From: Proteobacteria bacterium UBA6900
GTDB lineage: Bacteria > Pseudomonadota > Gammaproteobacteria > Acidiferrobacterales > Sulfurifustaceae
Length of the DNA: 63,350 nucleotides
Reading direction: 5' to 3'
Assembly (NCBI GenBank): GCA_002451215.1
Contig: DKBM01000006.1
Span: 3,495 to 66,844, forward strand
Shown: one piece after another, positions 46,047-56,134 of the stretch
Layout of the letters: the number at the start of each line of letters is the position of its first letter
Numbering within the stretch: position 1 is the stretch's first letter
The notes under the pieces: model-generated
Database searches by the model: none
What the model was told of the DNA's origin: nothing
Seen by the model: the letters and a program-made list of their open reading frames with translations, nothing else
Made by a program: the position numbers and the translations under genes

Positions 46047-47447
46047 TTACTCAATGCCAAGCTTTTCAAGTTTGTAGCGCAATGCCCGAAAGCTGATTCC
46101 CAGCAGTTTGGCTGCGGCTGTCTTGTTCTGGTTGGTCTTGCCAAGCGCTGCTTCGATCGCCTGGCGCTCCACTTGTTCAAGATAATCATCGAGTGAGCGC
46201 TCGCCGCCGGACTGGTATGTCCCGTTCGCCTCGGACTCGTCCTGTCCGTTCCCGGAAGCGGGCAGGTGCAGGTCCGGCGCCGAAATCTCGTCACCATTGC
46301 AGAGGGTGAGTGCCCGTTCCAGGATGTTTTCCAGTTCGCGGACATTGCCCGGAAAGCCGTAGTGCTTCAGAACTGTCAGCGCATCGTCAGTAAGATGTGG
46401 AACCTTCATTCCGAGGCTTGCTGCGAGTCGCGCCAACACGTGGTTGGCTAGCAGCGGGATGTCGTCCGAGCGCTCGCGCAGCGGCGGGATATGCAACTCG
46501 ATGACATTGAGCCGGTAGTACAGATCCTGACGGAAGCGCCCTTGTTGGACCAGGCTGTGCAAGTCCTTGTGGGTAGCTGAGAGGATACGGACATCGACTT
46601 TGATCTCGGTTTGCGCGCCGACCGGCCGAACAGACCGCTCCTGGATGGCGCGCAAGAGCTTCACCTGCATGGGCAACGGCAGATCGCCCACTTCGTCCAG
46701 AAAGAGTGTGCCGCCGTCCGCGGCCTTGAAGAGCCCGTCCTTGTCTTGAACCGCTCCGGTGAAACTTCCCTTTTTGTGCCCGAAAAACTCGCTTTCCATC
46801 AGGGCTTCCGGGATGGCACCGCAATTTACGGGCACAAACGGGCGGTCGCCTCGCGGCCCAAGCTCGTGGATAAGGCGCGCCACCAGTTCCTTGCCTGTGC
46901 CTGAGTCGCCGCTGATATAGACAGGCGCCTGGCCACGGGCGAGACGCTCGATCATGGCGCGGACCTTCTTTATTGGTTCCGATTCCCCCAACAGTCGGCG
47001 GGCACCAGACGCGGGCGTGACCGGCTCGGAGGCGCTCGCCACTGGCGCAGCCGGCACGGGTGCGCCGCCGCCGTGGCCGACGCGCAGGGCCGAGCGAACG
47101 ATGTTGCGTAGGTCATTCAGGTCGAGGGGTTTCGATACAAAGTCAAAAGCGCCGGCTTTGAGGGCCGCAACCGCGGTTTCCATGTTTCCGAACGCCGTGA
47201 TAACGGCGACCGGCAGATAGGGGTAGTTCTCCTGAATGAATCGCACAAGGTCGATGCCGTTGCCGTCCGGCAACCGCATATCGGTCAGGCACAGGTCGAA
47301 CTTGAACTCGGCGAGCAGGTGTTTGGCATCGCCGACATTCGCGGCCGAACGGGTCTCGAGATTCATGCGCCCGAGCGTAAGTTCCAGCACCTCGCGGATG
47401 TCCGGTTCGTCGTCGACAATCAGGATCTGGTTCTTGACCTTGCTCAT
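46047..47447 (-). CDS. pilR: Sigma54-dependent response regulator PilR
   Basis: REC domain (ILIVDDEPDI..DMRLPDG), AAA+ (GDSGTGKE, ESEFFGHKKGSFTGA), C-terminal Fis-type HTH (AAKLLGISFRALRYKL). Adjacent to pilS and pilA. Confidence 0.92.
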   Translation of the reverse strand: MSKVKNQILIVDDEPDIREVLELTLGRMNLETRSAANVGDAKHLLAEFKFDLCLTDMRLPDGNGIDLVRFIQENYPYLPVAVITAFGNMETAVAALKAGAFDFVSKPLDLNDLRNIVRSALRVGHGGGAPVPAAPVASASEPVTPASGARRLLGESEPIKKVRAMIERLARGQAPVYISGDSGTGKELVARLIHELGPRGDRPFVPVNCGAIPEALMESEFFGHKKGSFTGAVQDKDGLFKAADGGTLFLDEVGDLPLPMQVKLLRAIQERSVRPVGAQTEIKVDVRILSATHKDLHSLVQQGRFRQDLYYRLNVIELHIPPLRERSDDIPLLANHVLARLAASLGMKVPHLTDDALTVLKHYGFPGNVRELENILERALTLCNGDEISAPDLHLPASGNGQDESEANGTYQSGGERSLDDYLEQVERQAIEAALGKTNQNKTAAAKLLGISFRALRYKLEKLGIE

Positions 47448-49177
47448 ATCGCGATGCTTTCAGAGCATTCCTCTGCACGGGCAAAGGTCACGCGGAAACG
47501 GCTCCCGACCCCCCCGTCACCAGGGAAGTAATCAAGAGAGCCGCCGTTTCCTTCACACAATTCCCTAGCAATATACAGGCCAAGCCCGGTTCCCTTCGGG
47601 CTGGTCGTGAAGAAGGGGTCAAAGATGCTGTCCGCCACCTCCGGCGGCACGCCCGAACCCCAGTCGATCACGTCCAAACAGGGGCGGCCATCCTTATCGG
47701 TGCTGCCCTGTAGTTTGAGTAGCGGCGTGCCCGTAAACGGTGGGCTATGGCGCAGCGCGTTCTGGCAGAGATTGGTAACCACCTGGTGGATTTGGTCGCT
47801 ATCCGCGCACAGGGAGAGCCCATCCGGGCAGACCACAGCAAAGGTACCTTGGGGCACGAACAAGGTCTCGCAGTACTGGCGGACAAAGTCCTTGAGCCAA
47901 TGATCGAGCACCATGCGAGTGGCATTCACCCGGTCGCGGCGACTGAGCTGTGTGACGTTCTGCACGATGACATTCATGCGCCGCGTCTGCTCATCGATGA
48001 TCTTCAGCAGGCGCTTTTGTTCGGCCTCGCTGCCGCTGGATTCCGACAGCAGTTGGGCGGCGTTGCTCAAAGCCCCCAATGGATTGCGGATTTCGTGCGC
48101 GATGCTCGCGGTAAGTCGCGCGAGGGCCGACATCTTGAGTTCCTGGGCCTGCTTCTTGAGGACCACCATGTCGTCCAGAAACACCACCACCCCGGCCACC
48201 GGGCTGCGGCGCCCCAGCGACCCGCTCTTACGTGCGTCGGAATCGCCGACCGGCATGAAACGAGGCAGGAGCGTGTAGCCAGCCTGCGAACGGAAGATCT
48301 TCGGCGCGCGCTGCTCCCCGGCGGCGCTGCCAAGCCATTGCACTAACTGGGTTGCGAGGTCAGGGGAGATCTCGTTGATATTGGTCTTTCCGGCCGCGCC
48401 AGCCGGGATTCCCAGGTACTTCACCGCTGCTTCGTTGGCCTTGCGAACCTGGCCGCTTGCCTCGCACACCATGACACCGGACTGCATGCGCTGGATGATC
48501 AGCTCGCTCATTTGGGCCAGGTTGGCCGCGTCGACGCCGCGGCGCTCGGCCAGTGCTTCGGTCGCCCGCAGCCGCGTTGCGAGCGACTGTCCAACAAAGG
48601 CCGTGGCAAAAAGACCGACACCGAAGAGACCGGCAATCGGGAAATCCTGCAGCGAATCGGTTCCCACGATACTCACACCCGCGACGGCGTCGTGAATCAG
48701 CTCCCAGCCCTGCTCGAGCAGGGCGGCAATCGCCGCGAGCGAAGCATAGAAGAGCGTGAGCTTTCGCCCGAGCATAAGGCTCGCACCGCCGATCGCAGCG
48801 ATCAAAAGTAATCCGACGCCGCTCGCGAGACCGCCGCTCGAGTGCATCAGCATGGTAAGCAGGGTGATATCGGCGAACGACAGCAGAACCGCGTGCGTAT
48901 CGAAGTCCGGCTTGCGGGCGCGAATGGTAAACGCGGCGATTAGGCCGAGCACCGTGTAGGTCAGGCTGGTGCTGAGGAAGAGGGCGGGCCTTGCCTGGCC
49001 GAGCGGCGGCAGGGTGCCCCAAGTGAGCGCCACGGACGAGGCAGCCACGCCGGCGGCCAGGCGGAAATAGTTAAAGTATTGGAGAAGCTTCCAGTTCTCG
49101 GTTTCGACCGCGGCGCGACTCTCTGCCCGCGTTGCCCCGGCCGCTAGGGGGGTCGGGGTGCTCTCCTTTGCTGTCAT
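47444..49177 (-). CDS. pilS: Sensor histidine kinase PilS
   Basis: ORF track 47444..49195 (TTG); first ATG at 49177. About 6 N-terminal TM helices, a PAS-like region, H-box SIAHEIRNPL, and an ATPase domain with DWGSGV..GTGLGL. 4-nt overlap with pilR. Confidence 0.85.
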   Translation of the reverse strand: MTAKESTPTPLAAGATRAESRAAVETENWKLLQYFNYFRLAAGVAASSVALTWGTLPPLGQARPALFLSTSLTYTVLGLIAAFTIRARKPDFDTHAVLLSFADITLLTMLMHSSGGLASGVGLLLIAAIGGASLMLGRKLTLFYASLAAIAALLEQGWELIHDAVAGVSIVGTDSLQDFPIAGLFGVGLFATAFVGQSLATRLRATEALAERRGVDAANLAQMSELIIQRMQSGVMVCEASGQVRKANEAAVKYLGIPAGAAGKTNINEISPDLATQLVQWLGSAAGEQRAPKIFRSQAGYTLLPRFMPVGDSDARKSGSLGRRSPVAGVVVFLDDMVVLKKQAQELKMSALARLTASIAHEIRNPLGALSNAAQLLSESSGSEAEQKRLLKIIDEQTRRMNVIVQNVTQLSRRDRVNATRMVLDHWLKDFVRQYCETLFVPQGTFAVVCPDGLSLCADSDQIHQVVTNLCQNALRHSPPFTGTPLLKLQGSTDKDGRPCLDVIDWGSGVPPEVADSIFDPFFTTSPKGTGLGLYIARELCEGNGGSLDYFPGDGGVGSRFRVTFARAEECSESIAI

Positions 49178-49227
49178 AGGGATGAAGTAGCACAACCTGG
49201 CGCAAGCGCCACAACTAACACCGTGTA

Positions 49228-49458
49228 TCAGCCGTTCTCGGCCGCCCGGCGATGGGCCTCACTGCAGTAGGCACGCTTGTCTACCCGGATCGCCTGCGAT
49301 TCGGGAATATGCGTCCCACAGTGATCGCAAGCCACCATCTGTGCAAAACGCTTGGTTTCGGACTCTCGGTCGCGCCGCTCGCGAAACCGCCGCACTTCAC
49401 GCAGCACAAACCAGGCGCCAAGTGCCACGACGATGAGGAGGACGAGATTGCGGATCAT
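49228..49458 (-). CDS. Small membrane-anchored zinc-ribbon-like protein (PP0621-family-like)
   Basis: 76 aa; N-terminal TM LVLLIVVALGAWFVL, basic linker, CDHCGTHIP...YCSEAH (C-x2-C...C-x3-H). Confidence 0.6.
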   Translation of the reverse strand: MIRNLVLLIVVALGAWFVLREVRRFRERRDRESETKRFAQMVACDHCGTHIPESQAIRVDKRAYCSEAHRRAAENG

Positions 49459-49477
49459 TTCACCCCGACAGCGACGT

Positions 49478-49554
49478 TGGTCGGGGTGAGAGGATTTGAA
49501 CCTCCGGCCCCTTGCTCCCGAAGCAAGTGCTCTACCAGGCTGAGCTACACCCCG
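49478..49554 (-). tRNA. tRNA-Pro (anticodon CGG)
   Basis: Reverse complement CGGGGTGTAGCTCAGCCTGGTAGAGCACTTGCTTCGGGAGCAAGGGGCCGGAGGTTCAAATCCTCTCACCCCGACCA. Anticodon loop TTCGGGA. Confidence 0.9.
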
Positions 49555-49574
49555 AACGGAACGACCGCAAACTG

Positions 49575-50543
49575 CTAGTGACTGCGATGGGCGGAAAAGT
49601 AGGCGAGATCGCGCAGGGCTTGCGCGTACGGCGACTCGGGTAGTGCGCCGAGGGCCTTGAGGGCCAGCGCGGCCTCCTTCTCGGCCCGGCGCGCAGTGTA
49701 CGCGATGGACCCAGCCGATTCAACGGCGTCAATGACAGCATCAATGTGCTCATTCCCGCCTTCTTCAATCGCGCGCCGGATGAGCAAGCGCTGCGCGTCG
49801 GTGCCATGTTGCATGGCATGGATAAGTGGCAGGGTTGGTTTGCCCTCTGCCAGGTCGTCACCAACACTCTTGCCAAGTTCCGGGTTATTGCGGCCGTAAT
49901 CGAGGGCATCGTCGATCAGCTGGAACGCGGTTCCCAGATGCATTCCATAGGCAGCCATGGCACTTTCAACTTCGCCGTTCTGGTGAGTAATTACGGCGGG
50001 GAGTCGAGTGGCCGCTTCGAACAGCTTGGCGGTCTTGCCGCGGATCACCTCGAGATAGCGCGTTTCGGTGGTTTCCGGGTCGTGGCAGTTAAGGAGCTGG
50101 AGTACTTCGCCGCGCGCGATAGTGTTGGTTGTATGGGCCAAAATCTCCATGACGCGCATGTCACCCACGTCTACCATCATCTCGAAGGCCCGGGAATAGA
50201 GAAAGTCCCCCACCAACACACTCGCCTCATTGCCCCAAATGGTGTTCGCGGTGGATTGCCCACGCCGCAATTCCGAGGCGTCCACGACATCATCGTGCAG
50301 GAGCGTGGCGGTGTGGATGAACTCAATAGTCGCAGCCAGCGTGATATGAGCCTGGCCGGCGTAGCCGAAGGCTTTGGCCCCGATGACCACCAGAAGCGGG
50401 CGCAAACGTTTGCCGCCACTCTGGATGAGGTAGGCGCTGAGTTCGTTAATGAGCGCTACGTCCGACGTGAGCCGGGCCTGGATCTCCCGGTCCACGGCCT
50501 GCATGTCATCGTGGGCGAGCGCCCTGATTGCCTGAAAATCCAT
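49575..50543 (-). CDS. ispB: Octaprenyl diphosphate synthase
   Basis: 322 aa; LLHDDVVD and QLIDDALD aspartate-rich motifs. Divergent from rplU, as in many proteobacteria. Confidence 0.92.
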   Translation of the reverse strand: MDFQAIRALAHDDMQAVDREIQARLTSDVALINELSAYLIQSGGKRLRPLLVVIGAKAFGYAGQAHITLAATIEFIHTATLLHDDVVDASELRRGQSTANTIWGNEASVLVGDFLYSRAFEMMVDVGDMRVMEILAHTTNTIARGEVLQLLNCHDPETTETRYLEVIRGKTAKLFEAATRLPAVITHQNGEVESAMAAYGMHLGTAFQLIDDALDYGRNNPELGKSVGDDLAEGKPTLPLIHAMQHGTDAQRLLIRRAIEEGGNEHIDAVIDAVESAGSIAYTARRAEKEAALALKALGALPESPYAQALRDLAYFSAHRSH

Positions 50544-50605
50544 GGGGAGCGGGGTCCGTTGGCGGGCGGGATGCTAGGGAGGGTGCCCGGGGCTGTCAAG
50601 GAAGT

Positions 50606-50634
50606 TTGACCGGCCCGGCGCCGGCCGCTAGAAT
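50606..50634 (+). promoter_or_regulatory. Sigma70-type promoter for rplU-rpmA
   Basis: TTGACC (50606-11), 17-bp spacer, TAGAAT (50629-34), ~50 nt upstream of the rplU ATG. Confidence 0.55.
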
Positions 50635-50686
50635 CCGCGCTTTTTCCGGGGCTTGCGTGTCCGCGCGGGTCCCCAAGGAGACGGCG

Positions 50687-50995
50687 ATGTACGCGGTTAT
50701 CAAGACCGGTGGCAAACAGTACCGAGTGGCGCCGGGAGATGTGATCCGGATCGAGAAGCTCGAAACCCCGGCCGGCGACTCGGTGGATCTTACCGAGGTG
50801 CTGATGGTATGTGATGGCGACAATGTTCGGGTCGGCTCCCCGCTGCTCGCGGGCGCGGCGGTTACGGCCAAGGTGCGCGCGCACGGGCGCGGCGACAAGA
50901 TCCGCATATTCAAGATGCGCCGGCGCAAGCACTACCGCAAGACTCAGGGGCACCGCCAGGACTACACGGAAGTCGAGATCACCGGCATCAAGTAA
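50687..50995 (+). CDS. rplU: 50S ribosomal protein L21
   Basis: ORF track 50528..50995; ATG 50687 gives [18 protein letters not shown]..; SD AAGGAGA upstream. Confidence 0.95.
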   Translation: MYAVIKTGGKQYRVAPGDVIRIEKLETPAGDSVDLTEVLMVCDGDNVRVGSPLLAGAAVTAKVRAHGRGDKIRIFKMRRRKHYRKTQGHRQDYTEVEITGIK

Positions 50996-51065
50996 CGAAT
51001 TCGTCCGCGCGTCTTGGCTTCATTATTGGCGTGCTTCGTGCGGACAGCAAATTGAGGTAGACGCA

Positions 51066-51323
51066 ATGGCACATAAAAAGGCAGGCGGCAGTTCTCGCAA
51101 CGGTCGCGACTCACAGGCGCAGCGCCTTGGCGTGAAGCGCTTCGCGGGCCAGCAGGTGCTGGCGGGCAACATTTTGGTGCGTCAGCGCGGAACGCAGTTT
51201 CATGCGGGCAACAACGTTGCCAAGGGCAAGGATGATACGCTGTACGCGACTTCTGATGGTAAGGTGGTGTTTGAAACCAAGGGCCCGAGCAACCGCAAAA
51301 CGGTAAGCATCGTCTCGGGCTGA
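51066..51323 (+). CDS. rpmA: 50S ribosomal protein L27
   Basis: ORF track 50811..51323; ATG 51066 gives [24 protein letters not shown].. Confidence 0.95.
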   Translation: MAHKKAGGSSRNGRDSQAQRLGVKRFAGQQVLAGNILVRQRGTQFHAGNNVAKGKDDTLYATSDGKVVFETKGPSNRKTVSIVSG

Positions 51324-51346
51324 GCAGGCTTTCACGCCGCAACACG

Positions 51347-51386
51347 AAACCCCGCCCTGGCGACAGCGCGGGGTTTTTCTTTTTTT
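51347..51386 (+). terminator. Rho-independent terminator/attenuator after rpmA
   Basis: aaaccccgc (51347-55) ... gcggggttt (51368-76), followed by a T-rich run to 51386. Confidence 0.6.
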
Positions 51387-51408
51387 CGGGACAACTGCAC
51401 TCTGGCAC

Positions 51409-52446
51409 ATGAAGTTTGTTGATGAGGTAACTATTCGCGTCGAAGCCGGCCACGGCGGGGCAGGCGCGCTCAGTTTTCGCCGCGAGAAATTTGTGCCGCT
51501 TGGCGGGCCCGATGGCGGAGACGGCGGACATGGTGGCGGCGTATATCTGGTCGGACGCGGTGGTCTCAATACACTTTCGGACTTCCGGCACACGCGTGTC
51601 TTTCGCGCACGCGCTGGCGAGCGCGGGGGTGGAAGCAACCGGACCGGCGCTTCCGCGGACGATCTGGAAATCGCGGTTCCGCTTGGCACGCTCGTGCGGG
51701 ACGTCGATACCGAGGAACTCATCGGCGAGATCACGCGCGACGGCGAGAAGCTGCTAGTGGCGCGCGGCGGCAAGGGCGGATTCGGCAACACGCGCTTCAA
51801 GTCGAGCGTTAACCGCGCGCCGCGCAAGACCACGCCGGGCTTGCCTGGGGAAAGCCGCGAACTCGCGCTCGAGTTGCAGGTGCTGGCTGATGTCGGGCTG
51901 CTAGGGTTGCCGAACGCCGGCAAGTCCACGTTTCTGCGCGCCGTGTCGGACGCGCGACCCAAAGTCGCCGACTATCCATTTACTACACTGCACCCACACC
52001 TCGGCGTCGTTCGGGTTGGGCCGGAGCGCAGCTTCGTGGTCGCGGATATACCGGGGCTGATCGAGGGTGCCGCGGACGGCGCCGGACTCGGTAGCCAGTT
52101 CCTGCGGCATCTATCCCGCACCCGCATCCTGCTGCATCTCGTCGATATCGCGCCGCTCGATCCGGGCGAGGATCCGGTGAAGGCGGCTCGCGCAATCGCT
52201 GCCGAGTTGCGCAAGTTCTCGCCAGCCCTTGCCAAGCGTGAACGCTGGCTCGTGCTGAACAAGGTCGATTTGCTCGCTCCGCCTGAGCGTTCCCGTCGGG
52301 TCACGGAGATTGTGCGCCGATTGCGCTGGACGAAGCCTGTCTACCAAATCTCGGCGGCCACCGGGGAGGGTTGTCAGAAGCTCTCGGCCGACCTCATGAT
52401 GCGCCTGCAGGCGCTCGCCAAGAACAAGAGATCCGACCATGAGTGA
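51409..52446 (+). CDS. obg: GTPase Obg/CgtA
   Basis: [28 protein letters not shown].. Obg fold. G motifs [22 protein letters not shown]. Confidence 0.95.
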   Translation: MKFVDEVTIRVEAGHGGAGALSFRREKFVPLGGPDGGDGGHGGGVYLVGRGGLNTLSDFRHTRVFRARAGERGGGSNRTGASADDLEIAVPLGTLVRDVDTEELIGEITRDGEKLLVARGGKGGFGNTRFKSSVNRAPRKTTPGLPGESRELALELQVLADVGLLGLPNAGKSTFLRAVSDARPKVADYPFTTLHPHLGVVRVGPERSFVVADIPGLIEGAADGAGLGSQFLRHLSRTRILLHLVDIAPLDPGEDPVKAARAIAAELRKFSPALAKRERWLVLNKVDLLAPPERSRRVTEIVRRLRWTKPVYQISAATGEGCQKLSADLMMRLQALAKNKRSDHE

Positions 52447-53563
52447 ATCCCGAGCCCGGCTCGCTGGCGCGCGCCGTATGGTGGTAAAGATCGGCAGTGC
52501 GGTGCTCACCAATGCAGGCCAGGGCCTCGATAGCGGGGCCATCACACGTTGGGTCGAGGAACTCGCCGGCGCGCGTCGTCGGGGCATCGAGGTGCTGCTC
52601 GTCACTTCCGGCGCGGTGGCCGCCGGCATGCAACGCCTTGGCCGGACGACACGGCCGAGTGCACTGCATGAGCTGCAGGCCATGGCAGCCATCGGCCAGA
52701 TGGGCCTGGTGCAAATCTATGAGTCAGCCTTCCAGCGCCACGGATTGCACACCGCCCAGGTGCTGCTGACGCACGACGATCTGGCGGATCGTGGACGCTA
52801 TCTTAATGCGCGCAGTACCCTGCGAACCCTCCTCAAGTTTGGTGTCGTTCCGGTCATCAACGAGAACGATACCGTCGCGACTGAAGAGATTCGATTCAGC
52901 GACAATGACACGCTCGCGGCGTTGGTTGCGAATCTGGTCGAGGCGGACTTGTTACTCATCCTGACCGACCAGCAAGGGTTGTTCGAGCAGGACCCGCGTG
53001 CCTATCCGCAGGCCACTTTGATTGGCGAGGGAGCTGCCGATGACCCGGCCTTGCTGGCCATGGCCGGTAGTTCGGGGGCGCTGGGTCGCGGGGGAATGCG
53101 CACCAAGTTGATTGCCGCCGCCAAGGCGGCCCGATCGGGAGCCACCACCGTCATTGCCTGGGGACGAATTGAAAATGTCATCACGCGGGTGTTGGGCGGA
53201 GAGGAGATTGGCACGTTACTCAAGCCAGGAGCCAGCCGGCTTGCCGCGCGCAAGCGTTGGCTCGCCGGGCACATGCATGCATCCGGCCGGCTTGTACTCG
53301 ATGCCGGCGCGGTCCGCGTATTGCGTGAGGGCGGTAAGAGCCTGTTGCCTGTCGGCGTAAAGGCAGTAGAAGGGCAATTTGCACGCGGCGAGTTGGTGGT
53401 CTGTGTCGATAGCGATGGCCGCGAGGTAGGCCGGGGCCTGGTGAACTACGGCAGCGAGGACGCTGCCCGGATTGCAGGCCAGGCGTCCGGCCGAATAGAG
53501 GCGATTCTGGGGTATGTGGATGAGCCGGAGCTTATCCACCGCGATAACCTCGTCGTAACCTGA
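52439..53563 (+). CDS. proB: Glutamate 5-kinase
   Basis: [10 protein letters not shown].., INENDTVA.., C-terminal PUA domain; 8-nt overlap with obg. Confidence 0.95.
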   Translation: MSESRARLAGARRMVVKIGSAVLTNAGQGLDSGAITRWVEELAGARRRGIEVLLVTSGAVAAGMQRLGRTTRPSALHELQAMAAIGQMGLVQIYESAFQRHGLHTAQVLLTHDDLADRGRYLNARSTLRTLLKFGVVPVINENDTVATEEIRFSDNDTLAALVANLVEADLLLILTDQQGLFEQDPRAYPQATLIGEGAADDPALLAMAGSSGALGRGGMRTKLIAAAKAARSGATTVIAWGRIENVITRVLGGEEIGTLLKPGASRLAARKRWLAGHMHASGRLVLDAGAVRVLREGGKSLLPVGVKAVEGQFARGELVVCVDSDGREVGRGLVNYGSEDAARIAGQASGRIEAILGYVDEPELIHRDNLVVT

Positions 53564-53579
53564 TCCCAGAAACACAAAA

Positions 53580-53595
53580 GCCGGCGCGAGCCGGC
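53580..53595. terminator. Short GC hairpin between convergent proB and rpsT
   Basis: gccggc (53580-85) gcga gccggc (53590-95), flanked by A-rich and T-rich sequence. Confidence 0.35.
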
Positions 53596-53626
53596 TATTG
53601 TGTTCTTGTCACCTAATGGCGGCGGT

Positions 53627-53889
53627 CTAGGGGAGCGCCTTGATTCCCTGATTGAGTTCGCGCTTGTAGCGGGCAGCAGCGTTCTTATGAATGATGCCGC
53701 GGCCAGCCATGCGGTCGATGGCGGACGCCGCCTCACGGAATGCCGTCTGTGCCCCAGCCTTGTCCTTGGCTGCAATCGAGCCACGGACCTTCTTGATCTT
53801 TGAGCGCAGCCAGGTGCGCTGCGCGGCATTGCGCTCGCGATGCGCCTCGGCCTGACGAGCGCGCTTCTTCGCCTGTGCAGTGTTAGCCA
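53627..53889 (-). CDS. rpsT: 30S ribosomal protein S20
   Basis: ORF track 53627..53971. TTG at 53889 preceded by AGGAGA gives (M)ANTAQAKKRARQAEAHRERN.., the canonical S20 N-terminus. Confidence 0.9.
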
Positions 53890-54081
53890 AATCGTGTCTC
53901 CTGTCGTGCGGATTACTGCAAGAAAGCCGCGCACTATCCGGATTTTCAGGCCCTTTGTCAATGTAACTCACCTCCCGCGGACGGGTTCAGGTAGCCCGGC
54001 ACGCAGCATCGCTGGGAGACGGTGCGCGCCACCGGCGCCCCGCGGGCCGTCATGTCCATCGTTTATACTGCCGGCCGAACC

Positions 54082-55656
54082 ATGTCCCGCAAGCTGCTCA
54101 CTTCCACGGCCATCACTGGCGGTATGACGCTGGTGTCGCGCATCTCCGGTCTGATCCGGGATATGGCTTTCGCGAGCCTGATTGGGGCCGGCACCGGCGT
54201 GGCGGCGGACGCCTTCTATGTCGCCTTTCGAATTCCCAACTTTCTGCGCCGGATCTTCGGCGAGGGCGCCTTCTCCCAGGCCTTCGTTCCGGTCTTTTCC
54301 GAGTATCGAGCCCGCGCTCAGGTGCAAGAGACGCGCGATTTCCTTGGCCACGTGATCGGGGCACTCGGCACAATCCTGTTGGCGATTACTGTCATCGGGG
54401 TGCTCGCCGCTCCGATACTGGTGTTTCTCCTCGCGCCGGGCTTCCTGGACGAGCCAGAGAAATTCGATCTCACCGTGGGCATGCTGCGGATCATTTTCCC
54501 ATACATATTCTTTATTTCACTGGTCGCGATGGCAGCCGGTGTGCTGAACAGCTACGGGCGCTTTGCGGCGGCGGCCTTCACGCCGGTCCTGCTCAATCTG
54601 AGCTTGATCGCAGCCGCACTGTTGCTTGCGCCGATGCTCGATACGCCCGTCATGGCCCTTGCCTGGGGCGTTTTTGTCGCCGGGCTGATGCAAGTTCTGT
54701 TTCAGCTGCCGTTCCTGCAAAGCCTGGGCCTTCTGCCCCGCCCGCGAATTCGAATTCGTCCTCCGCACGAAGGGGTCAGCCGGGTATTTCGCCTCATGCT
54801 CCCTGCAATCTTTGGCGTTTCGATCGCCCAGGTGAACCTGCTGGTGAACACACTGCTCGCCTCCTTTCTAATTACCGGCAGCGTTTCATGGCTCTACTAC
54901 TCTGATCGTTTGATGGAGTTTCCGCTCGGTGTGTTCGGCATCGCGCTTGCGACCGTGATCCTCCCGAGCCTTTCGCGTCGGCACGCAGCCAACGCGCATG
55001 ACGATTTCTCGCACCTTCTCGACTGGGGCCTGCGCTGGGTGTGCCTGATTGGAATTCCCTCCTCGGTAGCGCTGGTAGTACTCGCGGGGCCAATGCTCGC
55101 GACGCTGTTTCACTTTGGCGCCTTCGGCGAGCACGATGTGCGTATGAGCGCACAGGCCCTCATGGCGTTTTCTGGCGGTCTGCTTGCCTTCATCCTGGTG
55201 AAGGTGTTGGCGCCCGGATTCTATGCGCGCCAGGACACGCGCACGCCAATGCGGATTGGCGTCGTCGCAATGCTCACCAATATCGTGCTGAGTCTGGCGT
55301 TGGTGTGGCCCTTCGCGCATGTGGGGCTCGCCGCCGCCGTGTCGGTCGCGGCGTTCGTGAATGCCGGCCTGCTGTTCCATCGCCTCTATCGCGATGGCAT
55401 TTATCGCCCGCTGCCGGGTTGGACGCTTTTTCTCGCCCGGGTCGGAATTGCGACCGCGGCGATGGGAACGCTGCTCTACTGGGGCGCGGGCGATCTTGGT
55501 CGTTGGCTGCAGGCGTCCGCCTGGACACGCGCCGGCTGGCTGCTTTTCTGGGTGGCGGCCGGCCTGCTGGTTTATCTAGCAGCGACGATCGCCCTGGGCT
55601 TGCGGCCCTCGCAACTCCTGCTTCGTCGTGGCAGCGATAGGCAGCACGATGACTGA
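54082..55656 (+). CDS. murJ: Lipid II flippase MurJ
   Basis: ORF track 54022..55656; ATG 54082 gives MSRKLLTSTAITGGMTLVSRISGLIRD..AFYVAFRIPNFLRRIFGEGAFSQAFVPV. Confidence 0.92.
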   Translation: MSRKLLTSTAITGGMTLVSRISGLIRDMAFASLIGAGTGVAADAFYVAFRIPNFLRRIFGEGAFSQAFVPVFSEYRARAQVQETRDFLGHVIGALGTILLAITVIGVLAAPILVFLLAPGFLDEPEKFDLTVGMLRIIFPYIFFISLVAMAAGVLNSYGRFAAAAFTPVLLNLSLIAAALLLAPMLDTPVMALAWGVFVAGLMQVLFQLPFLQSLGLLPRPRIRIRPPHEGVSRVFRLMLPAIFGVSIAQVNLLVNTLLASFLITGSVSWLYYSDRLMEFPLGVFGIALATVILPSLSRRHAANAHDDFSHLLDWGLRWVCLIGIPSSVALVVLAGPMLATLFHFGAFGEHDVRMSAQALMAFSGGLLAFILVKVLAPGFYARQDTRTPMRIGVVAMLTNIVLSLALVWPFAHVGLAAAVSVAAFVNAGLLFHRLYRDGIYRPLPGWTLFLARVGIATAAMGTLLYWGAGDLGRWLQASAWTRAGWLLFWVAAGLLVYLAATIALGLRPSQLLLRRGSDRQHDD

Positions 55657-56065
55657 TATTCCCGAGATCCCGCAGATTGGCCGACGCGGCGTAGCGCGCG
55701 CCTTCACGCTTGCAGAGGCGCAGGCGCTGTTTCCGCTGGTGCGGCGACTGACCGCGCAAGCGTACAAGGAGCTCGAGCCCGTCAGACAGCTGCTCGAGCG
55801 CACGGTGCCGACGCATCCCGAAATCCCGGACATCGAGCGGCAGTACGAGACGATCGTGCGTCGCTGGGTAGGCAAGATGGAGCGACTCGGTCTGGTCGTG
55901 AAGGGGTTGTGGCTTGTGGATTTCGACACCGGCGACGGTTACCTGTGCTGGAAGTTTCCCGAACTCAGGATCGCGTACTATCACGGCTACCACGAAGGCT
56001 TCGACGGGAGACGCCCACTGCACGAGGTCGTCGAGGAGCTCGATCCCGACTGGGCGCACGGCTGA
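55649..56065 (+). CDS. DUF2203 domain protein
   Basis: ATG 55649 overlaps the murJ 3' end. FTLAEAQALFPLV.. and GLWLVDFDTGDGYLCWKFPE..YYHGYHEGFDGRRPL match my recollection of DUF2203. Confidence 0.65.
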   Translation: MTDIPEIPQIGRRGVARAFTLAEAQALFPLVRRLTAQAYKELEPVRQLLERTVPTHPEIPDIERQYETIVRRWVGKMERLGLVVKGLWLVDFDTGDGYLCWKFPELRIAYYHGYHEGFDGRRPLHEVVEELDPDWAHG

Positions 56066-56134
56066 TACCTAAGCCGCTGTCCGAAAAGGCGGTTTTTCTC
56101 CCGGCGCCGGTCAGTTCTCGGTTAGAATCTGGCC

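Noticed and set aside
49746-51962. Long ORFs 49746..50609 (+), 50456..50953 (-), 50962..51591 (-) and 51111..51962 (-).
   Set aside because: They lie antisense to or overlap ispB, rplU, rpmA and obg, which are securely identified. Their compositions are Arg/Pro/Ser-rich.
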